NCBI RefSeq assembly: GCF_009914755.1
Contig: NC_060947.1
DNA: 64,000 bases
Strand: one strand, 5' to 3'
Source: the human T2T-CHM13v2.0 reference genome, Homo sapiens
The notes under the pieces: model-generated
Told to the model about the DNA's origin: nothing
What the model saw: the letters and a program-made list of their open reading frames with translations, nothing else
The model's database searches: none
Program-made: the position numbers and the translations under genes
Part shown: piece after piece, positions 35,118 through 47,480 of the stretch
Layout of the letters: every line of letters starts with the position of its first letter
Position numbering within the stretch: position 1 is the stretch's first letter

Positions 35118-38100
35118 GTTTGAGGCTGTGAGCAGGCTCTGCTCTCCTGACCCACAGCCAAGTGAATCCAGGTCCTGATGAGCCATCAAAAGGGTAAGGA
35201 TTTCTTACCAGTCAGGCTCCAGGTCTCTGTCTTTCTGTGGAATCTGGTCAAGTGGATGGTAAATATTGTTATTTGTTTTTCTTCTCCAAAGTCTTGATTA
35301 ATAGGAGGAAAGGATTTGTTTAACTCATCTTGTTCTAGTGACTCTGGTATACTTTTTGGTACTTTGTGGTTTGAATATTCATAGTGTTTGGTCCCTTTTC
35401 TACCAGAAATAGTCTTTTCCTTTGTCTTTGGGTGTCCTTCTGTCATGAAGAGGAGTATCATTTTAGGTTCTCTCTCATCTTGTTTGATGTCCTTGAAAGC
35501 TTGACTTGTGACCAAGTGGAAGGACTCTCTTGGTCTGTGCCATCCAGGCAGCATAATTTTCGAGTCCCATTGGGTGGCCAGTCTCAAAAAGGCTGCAAAA
35601 CCAAGACATTTTGCTTCGAATATGTCAAGCTGTCAGCTCTCAGGAGAGTTTGTCTTAAAAAGTTCCATTCCTACACGACTTTTGTCATCCTAACCCTTGT
35701 TGCCTAGTTAGTGCTGGGAAAGCCCAATCCCAGGCAGGCCTATGCAGTGTCACAGATTAAAAGGTCTGTGAGTGGCACCCTCCCCCACAAATTTTGGGTT
35801 GCCAAAGGCAAACACCATCCTCGACAATCTGTGGTAACAAGAGTCCTCTGCTATCTCCTTGATCTCTTTGGCTATTAAGTACACACATGTGTACATGTGA
35901 ATATATGTTGTCTACATATATGTATGTGGTCATACATATATTTGCATATTACCTACACGTGGTACCACATTAACTCGAATGAGTACTCATAAAATTAAAC
36001 CTATTCCAGGGAGAATTTTTTGGGGAGGGGGTCTTTGGGTTTGCTTCTCTCCAGGGAACATCTTTTTTTAAACCTGGAATATTACATGCTGGGCTTTCCA
36101 TGAAGAAGCTATTGGATTGAGTCACTATTGGAATGAGTACAGCATTGGAAATTCAATGACCAGAAGGTGAATCTTTTAAATTAGATTCCTGAAATTTTTT
36201 CTTGACCCAGCAATCCCATTACTGGGTATATACCCAAAGGATTATAAATCATTCTACCTTAAAGACCCATGCACATGTATGTTTATTGCAACACTATTTA
36301 CAATAGCAAAGGCTTGGAACCAACCCAAATGCCCGTCAATGATAGACTGGATAAAGAAAATGTGGCACATATACACCATGGAATACTATGCAGCCATAAA
36401 AAAGGATGAGTTCATGCCCTTTGCAGGGACATGGATGAAGCTGGAAACCATCATTCTCAGCAAACTAACACAGGAACAGAAAACCAAACACTGCATGTTC
36501 TCACTCATAAGTGGGAGTTGAACAATAAGAACACATGGACACAGGGAGGGGAACATCACAAAACAGGGCCAGTCAGGGGGTGGGGGGCAAGGGGAGGGAT
36601 AGCATTACGAGAAATACCTTTGAAGATGACGGGTTGATGGGTTCAGCAAACCACCATGGCACATGTATACCTATGTAACGGACCTGCACGTTCTGCACAC
36701 GTATCCTAGAACTTAAAGTATAATAAAATAAATAAATAAATAAATAAATAAAAAGTCTTTTGAGATCTCTCATTCTAAACAATTGATGGGAAGATCAAAT
36801 TCAAAGAAAGACATGCAATAGTGTCATGGCCAGCCCTAGAAATTATCTTGACACAATTAAGAGCAAAAACCTAACCTAAACAAATTTAAAATCTTTGTGA
36901 GCTCAAACTGCCTGCTTTGGATTCCCTGCAGGATTAATAATGAACGCTGCTCAACCTTGTTGCACAGTAGTTCCAATTCCACACTTTCACAGCCTTCGCT
37001 TGGGTTTGATTTCTCCTCAGGAAACCAGTCCCTGTTCGTTTTATATTTGTGTGACTTTTAATTTTGCGGGTACCCACTTACATGTTTGGAGATGCCTTGT
37101 GAATCCTTGGTTAAGTCACAGCTTTGGTTAAGGCTTATTGCTTTCACTTGGGAAGGTATCTCTAGAAAAAAAAGTAAAAACAGAAATGTCAGCTGTTTAT
37201 CCCAGCTAAAATCTTTTAACAAGAGATTTTAAAAGTTTTTTTTAAGAGCTCTATAGTCAAAAGCTGACTTAATTCAAACTGATATTTAGGTTATGTATGT
37301 ACACATATATATATATATATATTGTTTAAGGCTTCTATTCGCTCTGTAAAACCTTCTCAGTCAACTGAATTCCTGTCTTTTTAAACCTCTGCTAACCATA
37401 TTTGCTCCCTCTGTCTGCTTCTCCTTCTATTCCGTGTGTCCCTCCTTCCCCTTGCAACTTTCAATGCCACAGGAGGGGACCTAAAAACAATTCTAACTGC
37501 CTGGGATCCTTTAATTAAAACAGAAAAGGCAACATGAGTTTCTCTTTAGGGGAGGAAGCTTTGATTTTCCTCATGGAACCCCAAGAGTTTTAAGTGGACA
37601 GATTCAAGTCTGAAGCTCTACGACTCTCTTTTGCACTAAACTCCTTGATCTCTTTGGCTATTAGGTACATACATGTGTACATGTGAATGTTATATGTTGT
37701 GTCTACATATATGTATATGGTCATATGTATATTTGCATATTATTTACACGTGGTACCACATTAACCTGAATGAGTACTCAGAAATTAATTAAATAAGACC
37801 AAATATTTTTTCAAATTTATGTGACTTGAATAAATCTTTTGGTAAATAAAACTATGTTGTTATTGTTGGTTTAATAAAAATAACTGTCTTCTGAGCTAAC
37901 AAAAAAATATACATGTGCTTAATGGCAAGGTTCTTGCTTTTACGATACTTGCCTAATGTACAGTAATATAAAAAACAGTTAATAAAAAATTTAACTTGTG
38001 ATGATGACTAGGTTTTTCTAATGTCTCCTAAAATTGCCTAAACATAATTGTTAAAATTAAATGAATAAAACAGATGTAAATGAGATAAAGGTTTATAAAT

Positions 38101-38200
38101 GAACTTTCCACAAGAATGTTTTATGATATGTTTACTTAGGTTTCTCAATGCTTTTTGGTAATCACATACTTAGAGTTTTCCCAAACTAAATTAAATGATG
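35118..38200 (+). mobile_element. MER4-group non-autonomous internal sequence
   Basis: Follows the LTR/PBS; 'ggtaaggatttcttaccagtcaggctcc' leader and AT-rich non-coding body typical of MER4-group internals. Confidence 0.65.
36203..36753 (+). mobile_element. L1PA (PA7/8-like) 3' end with (TAAA)n tail
   Basis: ORF 36279-36521 MFIATLFTIAKAWNQPKCPSMIDWIKKMWHIYTMEYYAAIKK is the L1 ORF2 C-terminus. Confidence 0.95.
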
Positions 38201-38348
38201 GGTTAGGGTTCAGATGCCATGGAGACTGTGGAACAAACTGTCTCACCTTCATCAGAGACTAGTCCAGCAAGAAAGTTCTCATAGTTCATAATATCATATT
38301 GAAGGAAATAAAAATGTTTTACCACAAACATTGGCCAGATCTAGGCAA

Positions 38349-38418
38349 GATTAACTGAGAGTCTGACTCTTCCCTTCACCCCTGATTAACTGAGAGTCTG
38401 ACTCTTCCCTTCACCCCT
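38349..38418 (+). repeat. Perfect 35-bp tandem duplication within a short LTR49-like fragment (38300-38370)
   Basis: GATTAACTGAGAGTCTGACTCTTCCCTTCACCCCT occurs twice in tandem. Confidence 0.95.
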
Positions 38419-38713
38419 GCAATATCAGGCCAGATATTTTCTTTTCTCATCCGAGAAAACCTCCAAAGTAGCATTGTTAAAATGGCTGTTCCTCAGGTAG
38501 GAGTGGAACTACAGAAAACAGGAATATCGGTACAACATGAAACTTTGTGAATATCATAAAAGATAAAATATGGAACACTTGGTAAACAAAACTTTATGTA
38601 TTAAATATGCTAATTAATATCTAAATATATGTAAATATCAATTGAAATGCTGACCACACATTGGAACTTGAAATCAAGAGGGCCTAATAATATACTATGA
38701 AAATGATGAGAAC

Positions 38714-39109
38714 TAATATGGTTTGGCTATTTGCCCCCACCAAATCTCATGTTGAAATGTGATCCCCAAAGTTGGAGGTGGCCCCTGGCAGGAGGGTTTG
38801 GGTCATGGGGGCGGATCCCTCCTGAATGGGTTGGTGCCCTCTGCGTGGTAATGAGTTCACAAGAGATCTAGTTGTTAAAAAGAGTCTGAGATCATCCCCT
38901 ACTCTCTTGCTGTCTTTCTCCTCATGTGACACGCTGGCTCCCCTTGCCTTCCACAATGAGTAAAAGCTTCCGTAGGCCTCACCAGACAGAGATGCTGGCG
39001 CCATGCTTTTTGTGTAATCTGCAAAACCATGAGCTAAATGAACCTTTTTCCTTGATAAATTACCCAGCCCCAGGTATTCTTTTACAGCAACACAAAATGG
39101 ACAAACACA
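38714..39109 (+). mobile_element. MST (MSTA/MSTB) solo LTR
   Basis: TAATATGGTTTGGCTATTTGCCCCCACCAAATCTCATGTTGAAATG ... AAATGGACAAACACA. Confidence 0.9.
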
Positions 39110-39294
39110 AAAACTCAGCAATATTTTAGTTTGGAACCCAGCTAACTCCTGCAGTCACCCTATGATCCTGGGTCACAGACTTGGGTCATGGTCTCTCTTA
39201 GCATTACATTCTTTGTCTTTAACACCAGCATAGAAGAAAACTTTCCCAGGTTGTCCAGGATTCAGTGAGATGAATTATGCAAACCTGTCAGTTA

Positions 39295-40146
39295 TATGGG
39301 CATACACTCCAAAGAACTAAAAGCAGGGATGGGTATATATGGGTATAGACTCAAAAGAACTAAAAGCACCCATATGCACAGCAGCAGTATTCACAATAGC
39401 CAAAAATTGGAGGCAACATGAGTGTCCACCAATGGACAAGTAGATAAACAAAATGTGGTATATAATATTATTCTGCCTTAAAAACAAAAGGAATTCTGAT
39501 ACATACTGCAACATGGATGAAACGTGAGTCATTATGCAAAGAGAAATAACCTAGGCACAGAAGGACGAATGCTGTACTCTTCCACTTATCTGAGCTACCT
39601 AGAGTAATCAATTCACTGGAACCTCAAGTAGAGAGGTAGTTTCCAGGGACTGGAGGAGAGAGGAATAGGAAGTAGTGTTTAGTGAATACAGAGTTCCTGT
39701 TGGGGATGATGAAAAAAGTTCTGGAGATGGATGGTGGTGATGGTTACACAACCACTGTAAATGTGGTTAATGCCATAGAACTGTATAATTAAGATGGTTT
39801 AAATGGTAAATATTAAGTGTATTCAATCAGAAGGAACACAGGAATGAAGTACTGATGTATGTTATAACATGGATGAACCTTGAAAACATCTAAAGTAAAA
39901 GGAACAAGACACTAAAGGCACATACTGTATAACCCCATTTATATGGAATGTCCAGAAGGGCAAATCCATAGAGTTCAGGAAGTAGATTAGTAGCTTCCAG
40001 GGACTGAAGAGGGGGAAATGGGAAGGGACATCCTAATGGGTACTGAGTTCCCTTTGGAGGTGATAAAAAAGCTCTGGAACTAGATAGGTGGCTGTACAAC
40101 ACTGTCAAGGTGTTAAATTTCACCAAATTGTATACTTAAAAATAGA
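39295..40146 (+). mobile_element. Two adjacent L1MB/MC-type 3' end fragments
   Basis: Repeated 'acatggatgaa...' blocks and 'ctggagatggatggtggtgatggttacacaac' L1MB 3' UTR motifs. Confidence 0.8.
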
Positions 40147-40448
40147 AGTCATCATTCTCAGCAAACTAACACAGGAACAGAAAATCAAACAGTACATGTT
40201 TTCACTCATAAGTGGAAGCTGAACAATGAGAACACGTGGACACAGGGAGGGAAACAACACACACCGGAGCCTGCCAGGGGTGGGGGGCAAGGGGAGGGAG
40301 AGCATTAGGACAAATACCTAATGTATGTGGGGCTTAAAACCTAGAAGATGGGTTGATAGGTGCAGCAAACCACCATGGCACATGTATACCTATGTAACAA
40401 ACCTGCACGTTCTGCACATATATCCCAGAACTTAAAGTAGAAAAAAAT
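40147..40448 (+). mobile_element. L1PA (PA8-like) 3' end
   Basis: 'tcattctcagcaaactaacacaggaacagaaaatc...gcacgttctgcacatatatcccagaacttaaagt' plus A tail. Confidence 0.92.
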
Positions 40449-41044
40449 TGGTAAAAGTGGTAAAATTCATATCAAGTGAATTTGCCTCCAAAATACTCAT
40501 CTGTTATATTTATTTCACTGTGCATAGGATTTGTTCCTCAAAGGACACGGTGCCAAGTTGTAGCCTTCCTGAGCCCTGGCTACCACACTAACTCTTGGGG
40601 CCCAAGCCCAAGGTCTTGAGAGATGCCTTTCATAGCTGGACAACAAAGCACAAAACAGTGCCTTGAGACTGACTTTTTGGCTGACAGGCAGGCATTCCTA
40701 CCCCCTCTCCTCTGTCACCTGCTCTGACAGTTGCGTACACATTCCCAGGACCTATTTCCCCATCTGCAAGAGAAAATGATTCCCAAGGCCCTTCTGGTAT
40801 AAACCCACCAGTGAGATCTCCTGGGGACACCCGCTCCTCGAGTATTCCCATAGGGCTTTTCTCTCTCCTACTCTGCTCCCCTCCACCTACACCCCAGCGC
40901 TGCACAGCCCCCGAGTCCTTGGCACTCAGTCAGGCAGAAGGCAACAGGCTCATGCCAGAAACGGCCAGTCAAGGCTGGTCACTGCTGGTCATGGCCAGGT
41001 CAGACTGGTCAAGCCTGGTCAAAGATGGTCAAAACCTGCCTTAT

Positions 41045-41555
41045 ACTACACACGCTCAACACAGAACAGTTCTGGTCACCAAATGAGGGGATTTTTCACA
41101 CATTAACAAGTTTTCCTATTATCTGCAGACACCGGCTGGATGTCCTACAATTCAGTTCAATTCTATCACTAACTGGAGTTAGCATAGATCCCGCACTTTA
41201 AGGGTGCAGTCCCACAAGACTGCCTCCCACCCCAGAAGCCAATCTTAAGCCCCAGGTTTTCACCTGTACTTCTAACTGGCTATCATTCAGGGTTCCTATG
41301 ACTCTTGGCTTTGATAATTTGCTAGGAGAACTCACAGAACTCAGGAAAGAACTCAGGAAAAACTTGTTACATTTACCAACTTATTATATAATGAAGGATA
41401 TAGATGAACGGCCCTTGAAGGGATACATAGGGTGAGGTCTGGAAGGATCCTGAGTGAAGGAGCTTCTGTCCCCATAGAGTTGGGGTGTGCCACCCTCCTG
41501 GCTCATAGGTGTATTCACCAACCTGGAAGCATTCTGAACCCCGTAGTTCAGACAT
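41045..41555 (-). mobile_element. MER21-family LTR fragment
   Basis: 'ggatgtcctacaattcagttcaattc...ggagttagc...cagtcccacaagactgcc...ggtgaggtctggaaggatcc'. Confidence 0.75.
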
Positions 41556-42585
41556 CATGGGCGATGTCAGGAGGACTAGCTCCCAGGCATCATGTGCCTG
41601 GTTAACAGGCTGGTAAACTTCCTCTCCTGGCCACTCTCAGGCCCAGCTAGAGGGAGAGAAGAACAAGCCTACTGGTCTGCAGGTTTTTCTGGGCTACAGG
41701 TTAGTGTTTCCTAGAATCCAGTCTTCCAGGTCAAAGGGATTCCTCCTTTCCCGTAAGAGATCGTTGTAAATCAGGCATGTGAGGGATGGCAGGAGTCCTC
41801 CACATCCTTTTCAGTGACCAGTGAAGTGACTGACTTGAATATACTTTGTGAAGGAAAGGGTAGTCTATATTCTATCAGGAGCTCCCTAGGGTTGACAGGG
41901 GGGAGTGTCCCTTGAAGTTCAGTTCTGTGCAGGGATGAGCAGAGCAGCCAGGGCTATGCCTGGCCACCATTGAGCAGGGGCCACACAGAGCAGAGGCCTC
42001 TGTTTGGGCGAGACTTTGCAGAGATACTGTCAATGTTCCTGATATGGAAGGAGCCTGCTACAGGACCGTCCTTACGTGTAGGGTAGAACATAAACTTATA
42101 CAAGGAAAATGAAAAGCAAAATATGTTCTCGTGTGTCTATACTTCCTCATCTAAATATCTATCTCTACAGGGAGCATAGGCTGGAGTGTGCATAGCAGTC
42201 ACAGCTCTTGCAGGGGTGTGTAGGGTCAGAAGAATATGAGGAGATATACATCATTCTATACCCATTTTGCCATCTGAATATTTTTCAGCAAGCGCTTATA
42301 TTATGGCAGATAATGACCATGGCATGAATGTCAGGGCCTAGCATCCTATCTTTCAGTTTTGTCTCTTCCCTGGTCTCTGGCCATGACCACAGGCTTAGCA
42401 GTCTCCCAGCCTTTGGCCGTCCTCTCAGTCTTAGGCTCAGCAGCCTCTGCTGTTCTAAACATATTGTTTGCTGCACCCCAGAGGAAAGAGCAAAGGGCCA
42501 TGAGGGGGTCATGAGGCTCCTCTCCACCTGACTTTGACCCTCAGCTGGATTCCATGGGAATGTGAGGCCACTGGGATTTTGAATT

Positions 42586-43553
42586 TGTAGGGTCCAGCCC
42601 TATGGGGCTTAGCAGGTGTTCTCCCCATGTGCGGAGACGAGAGATCATAAGAAATAAAGACACGAGACAAAAGAGATAAAGAGAAAACAGCTGGGCCTGG
42701 GGGACCACTACCACCAAGACATGGAGACCGGTAGTGGCCCCAAATGGCTGGGCACGCTGATATTTATTGCATACAAGACAAGAGGGCAGGGTAAGGAGGG
42801 TGAGTCGTCCAAGTGATTGATAAGGTCAAGCAAGTCACATGATCATGGGACAGGGGGCCCTTCCCTTTTAGGTAGCCAAAGCAGAGAGGGAAGGCAGCAT
42901 ACGTCAGCGTTTTCTTCTATGCACTTATCAGAAAGATCAAAGACTTTAAGACTTTCACTATTTCTTCTACCGCTATCTTCTAAGAACTTCAAAGAGGAAC
43001 CAGGAGTATGGGAGGAACATGCAAGTGGACAAGGAGTGTGACCACTGAAGCACAGCACCACAGGGAGGGGTTTAAGGCCTCCAGACGACTGCGGGCAGGC
43101 CTGGATAATATCCAGCCTGCCACAAGAAGCTTGTGGAGCAGAGCATTCCCTGACTCCTCCAAGGAAAGGGAGACTCCCTTTCGCGGTCTGCTAAGTAACT
43201 GGTGCCTTCCTAGACACTGGCATTACAGCTTGACCAAGGAGCCCTCAAGAGGCCCTTATGCGGGCATGACAGAGGGCTCACCTCTTGCCTTCTTGGTCAC
43301 TTCTCACAATGTCCCTTCAGCACCTGACCCTATACCCACCGGTTATTCCTTGATTATATTAGTAATACGACAAAGAATAATATTAAAAGCTAAGGATTAA
43401 TAATGTCTATACTAATGATTGATAATGTCCATGTTCATCTCTATATCTAATTTGTATTATAACTATTCTTATTCTAACTATTTTCTTTATTATACTGAAA
43501 CAGTTTGTGCCTTCAGTCTCTTGCCTCGGCACCTGGGTAATCCTTCACCCACA
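42586..43553 (-). mobile_element. LTR13/LTR13A solo LTR (HERV-K13 group)
   Basis: Termini TGTAGGGTCCAGCCC... and ...CTTGCCTCGGCACCTGGGTAATCCTTCACCCACA; perfect 6-bp TSD TGAATT at 42580-42585 and 43554-43559. Confidence 0.9.
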
Positions 43554-44391
43554 TGAATTCACATAGAAGTCTTCTTCAAAATCCCTGGCTTCTTTTCCCC
43601 AGAGGATCTGGGAATGATGAGAAATGAGTGGAACCAGCCAAGCAGGTGAAAGGCATTTTCATTGTGAAATATGACACTGAAGGTGAGTGGGAAGGTCAGT
43701 GGAATAACACATATGACACTGAGGCTCTGGGTGGAAAGCATGAGGTTGCAATTGAGTGTGTGTTTCCTGGAGCCACAGTCCCTTAGTTTCTGCACTCTCC
43801 AGCTATTAAAACACTGTGTGTGTTCCTTCTCTGCTCCTAAGTTGACCCCACTGTCATAGCAGTCTTTTTCTTAAATCGATTTACTCATTGTGGCGTTGTC
43901 AAGACAACTATTCAGACGCAAGCAGAGCTCTATTGCATAAAGGATGCAGATTCATCTGGAAAATTAGATTCATGTCTCTTTCCACCCCCACATCCACACT
44001 CCCCACTCATTTCTGTATTAAACCATTCCAGTCAGAGCAGCCCACTATGTAAATTCATCCTGCATTCTAATCAGCACTGCCCAAAAAGCTAAGCGGAAGG
44101 AAAAAGTACAGCCCTAGGGCACAGGATCACAGAGTAACAGGGACAAGTATGTTCTTATGCTCATCCACCCACAACCTCTACACCTCCAGATCACCCAGGC
44201 CACATCTACCGCATCTCAAGCAAGCACATGTCCTTCTGGAAAGAAGCAATAAAATATGTGGAGCTAAAAGAATCATTTAAGTATTTACTTCCAATATTTA
44301 AAAGGGAAGCTGGAGCTGCCCCAGTCTCAAAATTTGAAGGATTCCAGAGGGCCATATCCCAAAGCTGAGGGTGAGCTGCGCCCTAGAGAAA

Positions 44392-44970
44392 TGCAGTAGT
44401 CAGGGTTCTCCAGAGGGACAAAGACAGGACCAATAAGGTATATATGTATATATGTAGCAGGGAGTTTATTAGGGAGAATGGGCTCACACGATTACAGAGA
44501 TGAAGTCCCAATCTGGGGAATAGGAAAAGCCGACAGCATAGCTCAGTCCAAGCCCAAACACTTCAAACCCAGGGAAGCTAATATGCAGTCCCCAGTCTGA
44601 GGCTAAAGGCTTGAGATCTCCTGGGAGGCTGCTAGTGCAAGTCCCAGAGTCCAAAGGCCAAGGATCCTGGAGATGGCTGTCCAAGGTAAGGAGGAGAAAA
44701 TGGTATCCCATTCCCAAATGTGGGGGGGAGAGAGAGAGAGAGAGATTGAGAGATAGGAAGTCCCCTTCTTCTGCTTGATTTGTTCTAACTGCACCAGCAG
44801 CTGATTGGATGATAACCACCCACATTAAGGGGGCTCTTCCCCTCCCAGTCCACTGATTCACATCAATCGCCTCTGGCTACACCCTCACAGGCACACCCAG
44901 AGACAATGCATCACCAGGCACGGAGGCATCCCTCAACCCAGTCAAGGTGACACTAATATTAACCATTTCA
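44392..44970 (-). mobile_element. MLT2 (MLT2B-like) LTR
   Basis: 'tagtcagggttctccagaggg' start; ends 'ccagtcaaggtgacactaatattaaccatttca'; internal (GA)n. Confidence 0.88.
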
Positions 44971-45039
44971 GGAACCTTGGGTGTGCTCCCACCTTAGCAA
45001 GAAGGAGAGGTGGGTTGGCAGTGAGGCTGAGGCTTGGGG

Positions 45040-45620
45040 TAATACTCTCACCTCATGAAAGTGGCGAAACATGACAATAATCTCTAGAACAGCAGTCGTT
45101 CAAGACACACAAGGATGGTAGATGGGCAAAGGCTCATTCAACAAAACTCCCTGAAACAGTAAATTTTCCATGGAGCCCACCACACCAACCGAGAACCGAG
45201 TGATTAGGTGAGATTGCTTCATTCTACAAGCAAGAGAACACAGACTCCTCCCACTGATCCTTCTTTGGGAGTGTCTGGGCAATCAGGTTTACTATATGGG
45301 AAGCAGCAGCGACATCACCAGGTCATGTAGGTCATGCTTCCAGGAAGATGTGATGAGCTAGTAGTTCCAGAAAGGAATCCCTGGCAATCACCAGTTGAGC
45401 TTCTTGCCGTGCAGGCTGCAATGTAATGAGCAGTCCAGGCTTTTCTATAAGGTGCCTTTGCCACCCTTAGTCTGCATAAGGGACCTTGATCAAAAGGTGA
45501 TGCATTGCTGGCATGTACCATGTCTGTGTTCATTTCTCTGACTTTATCCCCATCTTTCTAGCTCTAGTTTTTCCTTTTGCTGGTTCTCCCAGCCTTATCT
45601 GGAAGTTTCAGACTCAACAC
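45040..45620 (-). mobile_element. Possible ERV-L/MaLR internal fragment
   Basis: Minus-strand 'KAWTAH...gcagcctgcacggc' weakly resembles the ERV-L RNase H KWTAAALQP region. Confidence 0.3.
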
Positions 45621-45959
45621 CATGTTTTAGTTTGCTGAGCAGAACAGGGACAACAACAAAAGCCCAAACTGAAGAAAGGATATTGAAAATTCTTCCAATT
45701 CATTTTGTTGTGCTAAAGCCTACATTGTTTTTCGAACATTTCACAGGCTCTCTCATGATTTGTAGAAGAAAACATACAAGAAACAAGCATATGGGTATCA
45801 GGAGATTTTTATCATGAAATATAAAGGAGTGTATTACACATGTGTATGTTAATATATATACACAAGGGTGTGTGTGTCAAGAAATAGAACATTACAGCCT
45901 CCCAGGTGCTTCCTGAGGTCTATTCACACTGGCTGCTCCTTCTAAGTCTGTCTTCATTT

Positions 45960-46960
45960 TTATTTTAAACATATTATTAAATATGTATCAGTAACATAAC
46001 ATATAAATTATATGCACACTTAAAACAGTAACTATGGGGCACACACCACTACCTAAAGAACAGAATACTTCCTGTAATTTACAAACTGCTAGTATGTCCC
46101 TTCCTGAACACATCCCATTCAATCAAATCTAAATGTACCCCTTTCCTGACTTTTGTAAAACTCTCTACTTTGCTTTCATTGATACTTTCTACAATCTTCA
46201 TTTGCACCCCTAAACACTATCATTTTGCCTACTATTAAACTTTTTAACATGCAATTATACTGTTTACTTCTTTTGATTTGCAACTTTTGCTCACTCTAAT
46301 GAGGGTCATTTATCTTGATGCTAGTAGCCATAATTTCTTTACTTTATTGCTGCATATATTTCGTTCTATGAACATTCCAAAATATCTTAACTAGTTCTAA
46401 CAATGAGGAATATTTCTATTGTTTCCAGCTTCAGAGTATTTTGAAGTGATGCTATGAACATAGCAAAAAACCTTCATATTAAAGGATCTCCATAGATATT
46501 TGAGACTTTAATTCTCTGTCTGATGTTTTAAATGACACTTAGCTTTACAAATTTTTAAATTTTCTTATACGTGTATAACCGAAAGTAAGAGAGTTTTAAC
46601 ATTTTGACAAAAATATTTAAAGATCAAAGAACAAGCATAACTTTTCCTATGGTTATTGAGATCACATGGTATGGTTTCAATTTGCATGGTCATTTCATGG
46701 TCCTCCAGTAGGTGCAAAGCGAGGACTGCCTGTACTAGTAAAACTCCTCCTACCTTTTTCTTAATCTTTGGAATTCTTGACCTGCACATCACTGTATCAT
46801 AGTTGGAATCACCTTGTCAAATGCCACACGAAAACGATTGCTTGGGATTTTGTTTGTGGTCACATCGAATCTTTAAAATGATTCAGAGAGAACTGACACT
46901 ATTACAACATGAAGTTTCACAGTCAGTGAACAAAGTACATTTCTCTATTAATTGAAGTTA
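45960..46960 (-). mobile_element. Diverged L1ME fragments
   Basis: 'ttgtttccagc...gctatgaacat' and 'gagaactgacactattacaac' are L1 antisense motifs. Confidence 0.55.
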
Positions 46961-47054
46961 TCATTTATTACTATCTGTATTAGTTTGCAACCCAACGTCA
47001 TGTGCATATTTCTAGGTATTTGTTACAGCAGCACCCCACTTCTCAGTACCAGAA

Positions 47055-47480
47055 TCCATTCATTTGCTATGGCTGCCGTAACAAAGTACCACAGTTGGTT
47101 GGCTTAAACAACACAAATATATTGTCTCACAGTTCTGGAGGCTAGAAGTCCAAAATCAAGGTGCCAGCAGACTTGGTTCCTTCTAAGGGCTATGAGGGAA
47201 GGATCTGTCTGAGACCTCTCTCTTTGGCTTGTAGTTGGCTATTTTCTTCGCATGTCTCTTCATGGGGCCTTTCCTCTATGTGTGTCTGTCTCTGTGACCA
47301 AATTTCACCTTTTAATGAGGACACTGGTCGTACTGGAGTAGGATCCATCTTAATGACTTCGTCTTGCTAATTATACCTTCAATGACTCCATCTCCAAATA
47401 AGGCCATATTCTGAGGTACTAGGTGTTACAACTTCAACGTATGAAAGGTGGTTGGGAGGGGCACAAGTCAAACTATAACA
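47055..47480 (-). mobile_element. MLT1 (MLT1C-like) LTR
   Basis: 'gctgccgtaacaaagtaccacag...cacagttctggaggctagaagtccaaaatcaagg...ttctgaggtactagg...actataaca'. Confidence 0.88.

Noticed and set aside
36570-36600. G-rich G-quadruplex-like tract (also near 40275-40300)
   Set aside because: An ordinary feature of L1PA 3' UTRs.
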